A stretch of 63,867 nucleotides of DNA, filler included, from Basidiobolus ranarum (Eukaryota): the NCBI GenBank assembly GCA_040143965.1. It is 4 parts of 4 records of this genome, joined end to end, with 100 filler letters (N's around TTAATTAATTAA, not from the genome) between each part and the next. Parts side by side here need not be neighbours in the genome. Positions count along the whole stretch, not along the records: positions 16,042 to 31,953 come from JASJQH010000362.1; positions 32,054 to 47,931 come from JASJQH010000363.1; 2 more parts are not named here. One strand, 5' to 3'. Shown here piece after piece: positions 26,398 to 39,229 of this stretch; position 1 is the first letter of the stretch, and the number at the start of each line of letters is the position of its first letter. Under the pieces are notes generated by a model. It saw nothing but the letters and a program-made list of their open reading frames with translations, was not told where the DNA came from and did not search any database. The translations under genes were made by a program, and so were the position numbers.

Positions 26398-28685
26398 ATG
26401 TCAAAAAAACCCTGTATTCAAAGGCCAATCCGTCTTTATCTTGGGACAAACTATCACGTACGCTTTCTTCCCGTTCGTAATTCCTTTGAAGTAGATGCTC
26501 TATACTTTGGTATATCTTTGGAAAGTCTTGATGGCTCTTCAAGCTTGGGGATAAATAGACTGTTTTTTGGATATAATCGTCGAGGGATATTTTCACTTTG
26601 GGATGAGGATTATCTTGGCGTCTTAGAAATAAATGGGCGCCAAGCTAGTATTAAAGAGAAGCTGTGGTACCAATTAGAACATAAGGTAAGCGTATACTTA
26701 ACTTATATAACGAAACGCATCTAGCTTGTATATTTAACTTGACTAAAAACATGCAGGGGTTTTCTACCACTGGTATCGACCACGTCGAGCTTATTACACA
26801 GCCAAGATTTTTAGGCTACGCTTTTAATTTCTTTAACTTTTATTTTTGCTACTCAATCGGGAAACTTCGGTGCATTTTGGTTGAAGGTACAAATGCAGGT
26901 GGAGATAAATGGGTTCAGATTCTAAGTCGAAACGAGGAATTAGACTGTAAACGTAAAGGGTAATGATCGTACACACTTCTATGTCGAGATACTATTCCCT
27001 CAGCCAACTCAACTTTCCCTCTTTTTGGTAGATACAAGATGACATTTTCGGTGCCACGGACGTTCCATATATCTCCGTTCAACAGTTCAACCGGAAGTTA
27101 CGAAGTGCATGTCAATGATCCACTAGATGGAAGTATTGATGTTAGATTTGTAATATGGGTGGACCCTTTACATGACAAATCGCTTGAAACCCCTCCATCA
27201 CCTGGATTACTCGTCTCTGGAGTGGGTCATGCACGAAAGAAGAAATTTCTGGCAAAAGTTAGCGCTGCGGAAATCGAATATACATGGAAAAATGTAATTG
27301 TTGTTTTCCTTAAAGCGCCGGGCAGAATATGGCTTTCATTTCCCAAATTCACTTTGCAATGCATCAAACTTGCTTGCCAAAAATCACTGAAGGTTTACCA
27401 AGCTCCAGACCCACCAGGCTATCCAATATCTAGGGCCAAGGCAGGGTTTTTTGAAAGGTAAGATAAGTATACAAATGGTCGATGATTTTCTCCTAGACCT
27501 AGATTCAAGGTCAAGAAGTTTAGTGACTAACGAGTACATTCAATTAACAGATATGCGATGAAAGTCTTTTTAGAGTATTTAAAACAATTGAGCATCATAG
27601 GGAAAATTCACCTACGACTTCGATTTTCCCACGGGATCAACAGAGATGTAGTAGAATTTAATGGGAATACGGACACCAACAAACTCGGGATAGCCACCAA
27701 CGTTGTGCTAACAGTCAAGAGCTATCAGTTTTTTACATATTTCTTGATGATACAAGACCCAGTGAGGGGTCTACTGGTCACCTATTCTGAAGGTCTCTGG
27801 GACGCTACGAATCTGTCAGGATTCTTAAGGGTTGTCGTTGAAAGTGTCAGACATGAGTCAAATAGAAAGCAGCAACTTACGACGAGAATCTCCGCTGGTT
27901 TGAGAAGGTTCCTATCACTATTTGTTGAATCCAACATAAATTTATCTTGGTTCGACCATGAGATCTCAAGATTTGGCCTTCGATTAAAGAAGGATGGAGA
28001 AAAGGTGTTAATCATCGAAAAACCCAATACTCGTTCGCGCAGAGTAAGATATCGTTGTGTTTCCTAATTGACGATGCACTAGTTCTCAAGTTAATTTATT
28101 TTTCAATAGAGATTTAGAAGAGCTTCGTTAGGTAGGGATGGGTTGACCAGAGTATCATCGACAAGCTTAACGGTCAAATTACTTAACCAGCTTCCCAAGT
28201 TTGATCACATCATCATTCCTAGTTACGAGACTGGACTCTCCAAGAAGATTGAAGAAGCATTGCAGGAGCGCGCTCGCAACCTTCATATACTGAGTATCCC
28301 TACACGGCCGAACGCAACAAAATGGGCGGCGCATCCAATCGAGGTTCTAAACGAGCCCTCGTGCCTTCATCTAATATACTTGGGGGTGTACACAGTCGTA
28401 CTGATCATTTACCAGATCCTAGTTACATATGGCATTGCCACATTTGCAGATCCCAAGTATCTGAAATTCAGTGTTTTCTGGGATAGACTAAGAGAGATAT
28501 TGTCCACTTCCAATCAGAGTATGTCTCATTGGGATATACACAAGCAGGGAAGTACCTGTTTGCTGAGTGCGGATTGCTCTCGTAGTTTGGAATCTGATGA
28601 GGCTAAGTTGCTATTGAACTCGAATGAATTGAGAATTTGGAGATTTTTGAACTACCTGAACAAAGCATTGCTATCTTTAGAGTAA
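26398..28685 (+). CDS. DUF1365 family protein with fungal C-terminal extension (5 exons)
   Basis: H.RFLP.RNSF, FSLWDEDYLG, LITQPRFLGYAFN..NFYFCY and RTFHISPFN motifs. Five ORFs join via canonical introns (~26687-26756, 26960-27031, 27458-27551, 28044-28109). Confidence 0.82.
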
Positions 28686-29242
28686 GCGAGACTTTCGTCC
28701 CTTGGCCAATCAACACTTTATAATTGATCTATGTGCCAAATGGGCTTTCTGTATAAGTACATGCATCCATATATATATCCATGCACCACCAAATAAAGGT
28801 CACAGGTCTGTGCTTGATTGGGAATTGGCATTCAAGCTAGCCCGCCATCCACACTGAAGCTCTTTACAAATTCAGACTAATCACAAGGAACATATGATTT
28901 CACGAAATCCAAAGATCAATATTACATTGGCTAAAAAGTGCATTTGATTGGTCTGGCCAAACTCAGAACATTGAAGGGAACTCCTTGGAATGCTTAACTG
29001 GTTAGCACGCGTTTTAAGGTGAAATCTCTGCATTATGTACATGATCAGATAAAAATTGCCTCATTTCAATTTTGCTTATATTCAAAGGATCTCGATGCTG
29101 AGAAGTGAGGTGGAGAATTTACAATGTAGAAGACTCTGCTTCTACATACATATACATAGGGATGTGTTTGAAAGAGTTGATTACTAGCAAACAACTGATC
29201 TCGGAGGAGTAACTCGGATATGTTCAGTAGTCAGTAAGCCAA

Positions 29243-29899
29243 CTAGTCTAAAGAATATAGCATTTCCTTTATCGAGGGAAGGGACTTGTGCAGATATTTA
29301 ATAGATGGTAGTTTAGGTCCATGTTCATAGGGATTTTGCCTTATCACTATAGGCGGTGAGGGTTGTTGTAGTTCCTTCGCTGAGATTACATCTCCGAACA
29401 TTGCATTAGTAGGTGATACCTGTGGTGATGGTAAGGCTATCTTGTAGCTCGGCAAAGGCCTAGATGTAGAAGAAACTTTCCGTGGTGCAGAGCTCTCTGA
29501 ATTTAACTCTGGGCTAGGTGGAGGCGTGGATGTAGCCGATCCACAATCGATCGAGGGGCCATGCTGATTGATGAGAGAATGCTCGCTCTCTTTCGAGGAG
29601 TAGAAAGAATCTTTAGTTGCAATTATAGTGAAGCCCTCATCAATATCTGCCTGAGTATCATGTTGGTGATTATATGGTGCAGGACGTCTACGACGCGCTT
29701 TGCGTAACGAGTTTCGACAGGTACCTACCAGACCGTATTTTACACATCTCTGACAAGGCCTTCCCTCATCACATTTTTTGCATGCATTCTGACAGTTAAT
29801 GCATGCATTTTTCACTTGTCGTCGCTTGGATATACAGTCCCATTTCTCGCAATTAGGATCGGCATGAAATACGGCAAGGTTCTCCCCAAGTTTCTTCAT
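29243..29899 (-). CDS. Zn(II)2Cys6 transcription factor (ERT1/AcuK-like DNA-binding domain, short form)
   Basis: KRRQVKNACINCQNACKKCDEGRPCQRCVKYGLVGTC cluster. TATA element at ~30048-30057. Confidence 0.92.
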   Translation of the reverse strand: MKKLGENLAVFHADPNCEKWDCISKRRQVKNACINCQNACKKCDEGRPCQRCVKYGLVGTCRNSLRKARRRRPAPYNHQHDTQADIDEGFTIIATKDSFYSSKESEHSLINQHGPSIDCGSATSTPPPSPELNSESSAPRKVSSTSRPLPSYKIALPSPQVSPTNAMFGDVISAKELQQPSPPIVIRQNPYEHGPKLPSIKYLHKSLPSIKEMLYSLD

Positions 29900-31953
29900 G
29901 ATACAAGTTTATATCTGACAAGGATACAACAGGAATGGGGGGGGTTTGATTCAAGTTAGAGGAGGCAAACCAATTTCAAGGTAAAGTCTTCGGCGAGGTT
30001 GAATAAAGTAGAATGAGATTTGAGGAACATTGATTCTCCATGATATACTTATATATACCTAGTTAAAAGTGGGACATTCTCCCAATGAAAACTGTGACAT
30101 CTGTGGCTATATTCAGTGACTACCACAGCCTCCGAGGAGCGAGTTGATTTTTTCAGACATTACACAAAACATCCGATTATCATCAAATGGGGCAACATCC
30201 GTTGCAGTTCTACCATTAATAGTTGTTTACGAATTCTTCACATGAACTCCGACCTTACATAAGAAAGGCCTAAATGAGATTCTGTGGCTGATGGATTGAC
30301 AACTGAATTGGAAAAAAGCCGCTACGCTTCGTCCATGCCAATCGACAACTCTGTTAACGAGGGTTTTCGGGCAACTTAAGTAAAATATAGCATATTGCAT
30401 TAAGAATATGGAGCTAAAAGGATCGTGTAACATGCAAGTGGCCTCACATTGACATCACCTAGATCGTTAGCGAGGGCCCAAGTAAACTTGAAGAATTAGA
30501 GTTCTCCATGTTTGGTTGTCTAGACTGCAGTTTGCTGAAAACATCAAATCCTGCAGAGTGTCTTTATGGTAGGTGTAACTTCAGAGAAAATGGTTAACCT
30601 TTTGGATTTGGTAACTTTGTTACCCAGAAATTACTCAAGTTCTAAGTAGAAAGAAATCTTTTCTCTACGACTCAAGCCACATTCCTGGTCTGGATAGAAC
30701 ACATCGATTCGCTTTGTATTCATCTCCACAAATTCATTTCCAATTAGGGCCTTCTAGTGGTTTAGAACACTTTTTATAGGCTAAACCAAATGTCAAGAGC
30801 TTTTACATATTTTCATCCAAAATACCAAATTATCTACGTCCCATTGAGGTAGAGAATAGACCTAATCTCAGTACTGGTTAGAAATTATTGATTTTCAATT
30901 ACTCTCTAAAAATGGTTCTCTGGCTATTACTTCTAGGGAATTGAAAGTTGATTCTTTGAATTAGGAAGTCTAATACCAAGTTAAGTCATATCTACGTGCT
31001 AATACACTACTGGCGCAACACTAACAAGGTTACAAGATGGGAAAATTTACAAGAGAAAGCTAGCATTATACTGGGTTTTCTCATTGTTAGATGACACGCT
31101 TGTACCAAGCAAAAGTTTCACTCGCTTTCCTGGTTTCTTCCAGTGTCAAGTATATATGTGATTAGGAATTTCACTCAAGGTTAGCTCATTGTAACGAAAT
31201 GCTGATGGATGATGTTTATAAGCAATGTTACTAGTGTGAAACACATTCAGGCAATTGAACAATATTGATATTAAGTAGTTTGACTAGTCCCTCGACTCTT
31301 ATCAACAAATCAATAGAAGCCATTTGGCATATTTAGCTTTGGAGAAGGTAGTGTTTCGGGTCTTGAGCTTTTGTCACTATGCGAACAAGCTCAAGCTCTA
31401 AGTGCAAGTTGCCAAGAATAAACGCTTATCTGAGGTTAACAGTAAGTATACATGTCTTCCAAATACAGACATGCATGTTAATGATTACTTCACTCGTATC
31501 ATGGTATCAGTTTGGTATTGTACCAGAGAACTTATTAAGATCCTTATGAAACCTTTGGGCCATGATAAAACGTACACATGGAAGGTGTTGCAAAAATAAA
31601 CCCGTGGTGACTCAGGTATGCCATTTCTTACTATTCATTCAACTATGCTTGAAATGTGTCTACTTCAACCATCACTTCTGTACTCCCTTTGTTATCGGAA
31701 AACTGGTCAAACCTGTCATCTGGTCCAATAAATAGCAGAAGAAACAAGTTATATTGCCGCACCGTTTAAAAAGCCCCATATATAATCGAGCCAGTCCAGT
31801 TGCAGATCAGTATTATTTCAGATGAAGAGATAAACTGGATCCATATCACAAGTATAAATTGGTGAGTATTGCCTGCATGGTTCAGAACAATGAGTCGCTA
31901 CCCTGTTTCTAATGGAATACCAATTCCAATTTATCCATTGCTTGCGTCTATTG

Positions 31954-32053
31954 NNNNNNNNNNNNNNNNNNNNNNNNNNNNNNNNNNNNNNNNNNNNTTA
32001 ATTAATTAANNNNNNNNNNNNNNNNNNNNNNNNNNNNNNNNNNNNNNNNNNNN
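31954..32053. other. Artificial contig spacer N44-TTAATTAATTAA-N44
   Basis: Same 100-nt spacer as at 15942. Confidence 0.98.
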
Positions 32054-32464
32054 TTTTGGCCATCAGACCTGAGTTGTTATGAATATTACATTGAAGTGTA
32101 AGTTATATAAATCTATGAATTTCCCTTTCCATATCAAGCTGTTTTCATGCTATTGACCAAATTTTGGTACATATATCCCCACAAGATTAATAGTTCTTTC
32201 CCTATATTAAATCTGTAAGCACAATATGATATTCCCAATAAAGATTCTGAAAGCCTAACCCTAACCCTATTACGGTAGACCTGAGAAGTTAAATTGAGAT
32301 TAATAAACAAGGTCACCAAGAGGTGGGAATTTTATCTCCTCTTAACGTATTTTTAAGGTATTCATTGGCCACTTTATTCATGTTGATCTCGATTACTAAT
32401 ACACCACCTTCGGACAAGCCTTGACGTTAGCCCCTGATCAAAGTGCAAGGGTTGTGGACTCTAG

Positions 32465-32472
32465 TATAAAAA
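32465..32472 (+). promoter_or_regulatory. TATA box of the aldo-keto reductase gene
   Basis: TATAAAAA about 40 nt upstream of ATG 32507. Confidence 0.55.
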
Positions 32473-32506
32473 GTAGTACCTGTCTTAATTGTCAACAAAT
32501 ATCGAC

Positions 32507-33678
32507 ATGACAATTCAAAACAAAAGGTTTACACTGAACAACGGAGTGCAAATCCCTGCCATTGGATTAGGCACCTATGAGGCCAGAAGCGAGGCTGATA
32601 AGGAAGATGTGAAAAATGCTGTCCTCGCCGGGTTAGACGCTGGCTATCGCCACTTCGATTGCGCTCGCTTTTATCAGAATCAAGCCAAGATTGGGGAAGC
32701 ATTTGCAGAAACCAAGGTACCTCGCAAGGAGTATCATGTTACAAGCAAATTGTAAGTACTCAATAGTCTACTTCAAAACCGCATTAGGTCGCTCATATAA
32801 CTTTATCAGGTGGAATAATTGTCATCGCCCGGAGGATGTCGAGCCAGCTTTAGATTTTACATTAGCCGAATTGAAGCTGAACTACTTGGATCTCTATCTA
32901 ATGCACGTAAGTACTCAATTGGATCCCCAAGGGTAAATAATAATCAGTATTTTTTCAGTGGCCTCAAGCGTTCAAATCCGGTAGTGACGAAATGCCAAAG
33001 GACGCCCAAGGACTGGTCATTACTGAAGACATCAGTATTATAGATACCTGGAAAGCCATGGAGAAATTGGTCGAATCTGGGAAAGTGAAATGTCAGTAGT
33101 GTTTTTGCTCTGCGCAACCAATTTTAGCATAGATTTCTAATATAAACTAGCAATTGGAGTTTCGAATTTCAATATTCCTCGTCTTCAGGAGATTATTGAT
33201 AACTGCAAGATAGTACCTGCTGTCAACCAGGTAGAATTGCATCCATATCTTCCCCAAGAAAAGCTATTGCAATTCTGCAACAAGCACCATATCCTCCTCA
33301 CCGCGTTTTCTCCTTTGGGAGGGCCTAGATCTCCAAGAGCCATGGATGAGCCACTAGTAAGTCCACTATGCAGATGTATGTAGGCATACTCAACATAACC
33401 AATATTCTCTTTAGATACATGAGATCGCCAAAAAACTGCACCAATCTCCAGCCCAAGTAATGCTATCCTGGGCTGTCCAGCGTGGGACAACGGTGGTACC
33501 CAAATCAGCAAACCCTGAACGAATCAAGAGCAACTTCGAGTTACACGAGTTGCCCGAAGAAGATTTCGAAGCTATCAATGAGCTTGGAAGAAAGAAAAAG
33601 ATTCGTTATTGCCATCCAGAAGACTTTTGGCCCGGAGTCAGCTCATGCTTTGAAGATGATGAACCTAACACAAATTAA
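32507..33678 (+). CDS. Aldo-keto reductase (AKR1/Gcy1-like), 5 exons
   Basis: [25 protein letters not shown] (catalytic D/Y), [36 protein letters not shown] and VVPKS..RIKSN motifs, joined by four GT-AG introns. Confidence 0.95.
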
Positions 33679-33925
33679 TGTTACTTTATGCCTGAGTCTT
33701 GCTCATTTATCTACCACCTTGATGATAAATACAATAAACAGATCACATTCACATCGCGGATCACCGTCTAATGATCCGTATGTAATATTAATCTTCCAAA
33801 AGAAGGATGCCAGTATTCCTGTGCACCACTTGTACGCATAGAAAGATTCCTATTCGTACGCATATAAATTAGCAGTATAGAATCCAAAGTCATTAGCCAC
33901 TATTGCATCATTGCGTTGAACTACG

Positions 33926-34880
33926 GTGAATGTTCGAGTAAACCATAATATAGTGATCGCTTCATCAGACCGATTCTTTGACGATTCACCGGAGCGCAGA
34001 TGCCCAAGTAATCTACGATGGAAGGGTGAGAATTGTCACCTCGAATTTGATCACTTTCCTTTCAGGGAATGTCATCAGTTCAACTGTTTGTTAAATATTT
34101 TGGTCAGGTATGGGAACTGCTGACAAGAGGCGGATTGGAACGCAACCATCACCTACATTACCTTCAAGGCGATCATAGCCGCTGCAGCTGGACTGACAAT
34201 GGGTGGACCAGCAGTAATGTTTGATTGGTGCGAGGAACGAATGGCTATGAGAATGCAGACTCAGTTTTGAGGCTATTTTGAGTCCGGAAGCTAGTTTTTT
34301 TGATTAAGAGGCGCACTCTTTTGGAGCCCTGACCTCGCACCTGGCGCCAAACACCTACTTAATGCATGATAATGTATCTCACTTCGTCAGGTTGATCATC
34401 TACACTTTAGCTATGGTGATTTTTAGGTTGGCACTTGCTACTATCGCCAGTTGACGAATTACATTGGTAGCTTTGACTGATTACCGCTCTTAGCAGTAGC
34501 CAAATATTTCGAACTATGGGTTAAGAGATGCAGGAAGCCTACAAACAATCAGCTAAATACTGAATATCCTAATAGTAGTGAGTATTACTAAGGAGGTCCA
34601 CTTTGGGGCTCAGTACAATGCGTCCCTCACCAGCGTGTCAAAACGATGATATACTTAGGGTCACTTGGTTTTGCTATGGCGTCGAGTATATTTTAAGGTA
34701 TATATGCTATGGGATTCTCTGCAGGATAGTGATTTGTGTATGCAAGTGAGATGGATGGGTGAGTCGCGTAAGTCCAGGATGGTCTGATTCTGCTTGGCCT
34801 TTTTACCAACATCTCACTCGTGGTTTTGTAGTGTCATTCTCTATGGTGTCTTCTTGGTACTGATTCTAAGCCAGCAGGTA
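33926..34880 (+). pseudogene. Decayed ABCB/MDR transporter fragment (end of NBD1 plus TMD2)
   Basis: Frameshifted, stop-interrupted translation MFDWCEERMAMRM..FEAILSPEASFFD*EAHSFGALTSHLAPN..S*RITLVAL..LPLLAVAKYFEL..EAYKQSAK..LGFAMAS..YAMGF matches the ABCB pattern GERL..RLR..F.AIL.Q...FFD...NS.GAL.S.LA. An upstream IVIA remnant fits TTIVIAHRL. Confidence 0.72.
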
Positions 34881-37161
34881 TTTGTATAGTTATATATCTT
34901 GTTCATCACACCTACTGCATACTAGCTGAGTTTTGCAACTGTCAAAGACTTTAACATATGCTTAGTTTGTTAAATCTCACAATTATGAGAAAAAAATCAC
35001 ATTTAAAACCCGCCACTCCTCAAACGTTTTTCCACCTTGATGCTGCTTTGATGAGTTTTGAGATGAGGTTGGCTCTTACAGAGAGCTTTAGTGGATGCTG
35101 ATTCTCCCACTAATTAACTACCATATATACTGTATTGAAATTGGATTTTTGCTGTACAAAACATGAGTACTTTAATGGAAGTCAAATTTTTGTATATCAC
35201 CATGTAGACTATATTGCATTTGTTACTAAAGACAGTCTGTAAACCCTGCTTACTTCATTACCAGCATTTCAAAAGACAGTATTCTATGACATCTATATTG
35301 ATAATATCTCACTCTACACCTATCTAGCCTAACCTTAACTATAAATGTCAACTAAATACTCAATAAATCAATAAGTGAAAACCACCAATTTTTCTAGTTC
35401 TCCCAACCACTTACAACTGGCTCCCAAAATACTTTAACAGATGTCTTGCAATAATGATGCATTTGAATCAGGATGCCTAATAACAAAGTGACTATTAATT
35501 TGTAAAAAGAAAAGAGAACTCATAGGGTTGGATACAATAAGAATAGGAAGAAAATACATTAGCCTATAGGACCAATTGAGTGGTAGATGTGATAATGAAT
35601 TAGTAAGCATTATTTACTAATACTCATAATTGATTAGTAGTGAATATTTCTAAATTTCAAAATAGTTTATCTAATGATTGGTTCATATGATTCTTAGATC
35701 AGGAATAAAATCTATCAGATACTCAGCTAAGATCTTATGTAAATTATTGCCCTTGGCTGGTCAACCAGCATACTAATACTCAATCCCCAAATTGTGTGCT
35801 GATGCTTTCATTAGAATAGTGATTGCTATTGTACACCCTACTACTTATACTAGCAAGTGTTAAGGTTGGTTTAACAGATACTCCCAGTAAATCGGGCACT
35901 CCTCATTCAGTTTAAATCTTCCAGCTGTAATTCCGCAGCTCTCATCTCGCCTTAATGATTACTGATGGCACATCAACTATGCTGTATTCTGTTATTGATT
36001 CTGATCTTAGAAATTCATGGTTTAATGTTGAGGAATTTGTTATTGCCAACCCCGTTGTTGTTTAAAAGCGTCACCTTAATGCTAAAGTTGAACCTTCATC
36101 CTGTCTAGGTCAGCTTCATTAACACGTGACGGATGGGTTTTGCTCCTACATGCAGCCAAGGCATAACTGCAATTCAGGTCGTAAGTGAATGTTTAAATGC
36201 CTTTGTAATCCTCCCATATCTTCAGTGCGTAGTAAATCTCATCTTGATTCTCGTAACATTCTCGATGTTTGACCTGTAGTTGAAAGATTAACTACGAGCT
36301 GCTGATGAAATTTTCGATAAGAGTAAGCTAAGTTAATGTAGTGTTCGTTTCATGGGAACAAAGCTTATTTCCGAATTTCATTACGCAACCATTCAGACTA
36401 GAAGCAGTGAGTGAAAGTATATTTGATTCATAAGGTTGACCGTAAATAGAATCTAATTAAATTGAATAGTTCAATAAAAGTATACAAACCTGTGAGTACT
36501 ATAGGTAATCTATGAAATTTAAACGTCTCTAATGACTTTGGTATGTCACTCGACCATTAAAAGTGAGATTTCATGATTACAAAAAATAGGTGATAGGTGA
36601 TAGAAAACTCCCCACTAGAGAGAGAAACAGTAGTTAATAGATATGTTGATTCGTTACTTTCCGCGAGCGAGTATTTTTATGCTATGACACACGAAACTTC
36701 AGTTATTCGGAACTACTAGTGCTTTTCAGGGATATGATGGGCCTAGCTGGCGTTGAGTGAGGCACAGTAGAGTTGAGTCTCGTGGGTATTTAACTACTGG
36801 TGCATGCTATGAAACAACCTAACAATTTCTTTGATGCCAATGTTGATTTAATAATACATACATAGATATATATATAGAATAATGAATGAGTATTTTTGAG
36901 GGAAGTTGAAAGAGACAACTGAGATTGGGTTGCAAAATGTAAGATGAGTTGAATTCACATCGAATAAAGTAATGGATAAGGACTGCATGGATATGATAGG
37001 GGGTATTCCTTTTCTATGAATAAAGATAATGAGTATTAACTCACCAAGGTGAATTAAATCTACGAAAATAAAATAGACAACAACTTGCTAACTGTTGACA
37101 AGTAATGAGGGTAACCGTCTAAAAGCGCCTTTTCTAGGGTGATATATAGTGCAAGGGATAT

Positions 37162-38831
37162 CTAGTTGGAGCAGATATTGTCGATACGCATTGGATTTTC
37201 TCGAACTTCCTCCATCTTGTCTTCGTCTTCACTCTCGTCAGAGCTTCTATCATGCAGATCTAGGAAGCCGATGGAACTAGAAGAGCTACTGGGAGACTCC
37301 TGAGAACTTGACATGCATGGACTATTGATCTTGAGTCCGAGATAAGAGGAACTTAAGCTAGGAAGTAACTGTTGTGAAGATGTAAGTACTTACGGCCACA
37401 AAGGAGATATGTTTACCAACAACTTACGGGTCGAGAGTGTTCGTACGGGCCAGAATGGAATGGTTTGCTAAATCAAAGAAAGCATGTGAATATCCTGATA
37501 ATAGGACAATTGAAGGTTCTTTGTCAAACATACAATAGTGGCACTGGCAATTCAAAGTTTTCCGGAGTCTGTGGGGATGTAATGATCCGGTCTGTCATCA
37601 AAGTATCAAACCTCAGTGGAGGAAGCATTGGCTGAGTCAGCTTTGGACCTAGAAAGGAGTTTTTAGTGACAATGAACTATTGGATGTGAGTTAGAGATAA
37701 TTACTGTGGTAAGGCGCTGAAGCTTCATGTTTGAGGCTGTACAATCTTTGTTCAATAAAACCCGAGGACGGATTAAGTGACATATCCTTATGTGTTTCAG
37801 ATGCACGGAATGGTGGCAAAATGGCCATTTTTGAATCCATAACTCCGCTGGATACGACGTTTACACCTAAGCAAACAAGAGTACCTGTTAGATGGAATCG
37901 AATCGAATTCAACAGGGAGTTGAATGCTACCTTCGTTGTGCCTTGTCACAGCTTGTATGTTTTGAGGACTAGAATGGACCTTCATTCTTCTCTTTTTACG
38001 CTGCATGGTGGTATTGAAATAATTCTTGATAGCATTATCAGGACTTGAAAGTGAAGATAGGTTAGCTCAAACAATCCTGACTGATCTCTAGTTAAAAGGG
38101 AACTTACCGGCCAGGCATGAGTTTTGACATTTCAGCCCATTTACTTCCCATTTGAGAGTAAAGTCTGAATATCAGGTCCTCCTCTTCAGGAGTGAATGGA
38201 GATTTATCAACTGCAGAGGTTGAAAAGACAGGTTAGGACATGACTGAATCAAGTAAGAAAAGGCGCTATAAACTTACTTCTTGGGTCTAGATGATTGTGC
38301 CATCTGTCAGAAATGTGGATTAGATAATGAAACCCCCGTATAGATGATACGATCGGTTACTTACCTTTCACGGCATTGTTTACCGGTTCGTGAACTCAAG
38401 CGGCTCGCAATCAGAACCCATTTCTCAGCGCCTAGCTCTCTAACTAGGTCTACTAACTTTTTATCTTCCTAATTGTGGTCACCGGAAGATACGGTTAGTA
38501 ATGAAGAGAAGGTGTAGGGGGAGGAAGGGGAGGGACTCTTACCTCTGGGGTCCATGGGCCTTTGATACATTTTGGTTTTCCCTGTTTCCACTCAGAGACG
38601 CCATCTGGTTTGTCCAGGACAGTGAAAAAATCCTCTTGACTGTTCTTCCACTAATAATAAAAAGGACTGTTAAACACTAATCCAGGGAATGACGAAATAG
38701 AATGAGCCCAGCGACAGGCAATGAATCTCTAGTACCTCGGGGCTTTGCCAGTTCAATGAGATTTCTTTTAATGGGTCAGAATGTCTGGAGACAGGGTAAG
38801 GGGACGCTCTAAATTGTCTTGCAGATGTCAT
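37162..38831 (-). CDS. Two-repeat (R2R3-type) Myb transcription factor, 10 exons
   Basis: Manual splicing gives KGPWTPE|EDKKLVDLVRELGAEKWVLIASRLSSRTGKQCRER|WHNHLDPR|IDKSPFTPEEEDLIFRLYSQMGSKWAEMSKLMPGR|PDNAIKNYFNTTMQRKKRR. All introns are GT-AG. Ends NPMRIDNICSN* at 37162. Confidence 0.92.
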
Positions 38832-39229
38832 TTTGCAGTATATTGATAGGGATGTGGATTGGGCTTATCAGCCTCTATTTAGTCAAAATTGAAGTAGTGT
38901 GAATGAAACGACATTCTGGGTCCGATATATATAGGGCTTACTCCAGGTTAACGTGAACAGAATCACGCTTAGTGTGTTGGATCTTTACATGCAGCTAGAT
39001 GTACTATCAGGATGTAGCTTCACGTTATCATGTAGTAAGATTCTTTAATAAGACACACCAAGGTCTCTTAGATTGTTGCATTTTCTTTCGAGATTGTGTC
39101 TTTGTATGGCTGCATATGTCAATCAATGAACTGATTGGCTGAGTTAAATATAATGATGTACACGAATAATGGTAGGGATTGATAGTAGATTTAGACAATG
39201 GTGGGATTAATAGTAGAATCACACCCAGC

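Noticed and set aside
32253..32269. CCTAACCCTAACCCTA telomere-like repeat near a contig start
   Set aside because: Only about two units, internal and ~200 bp from the end. Expected by chance.
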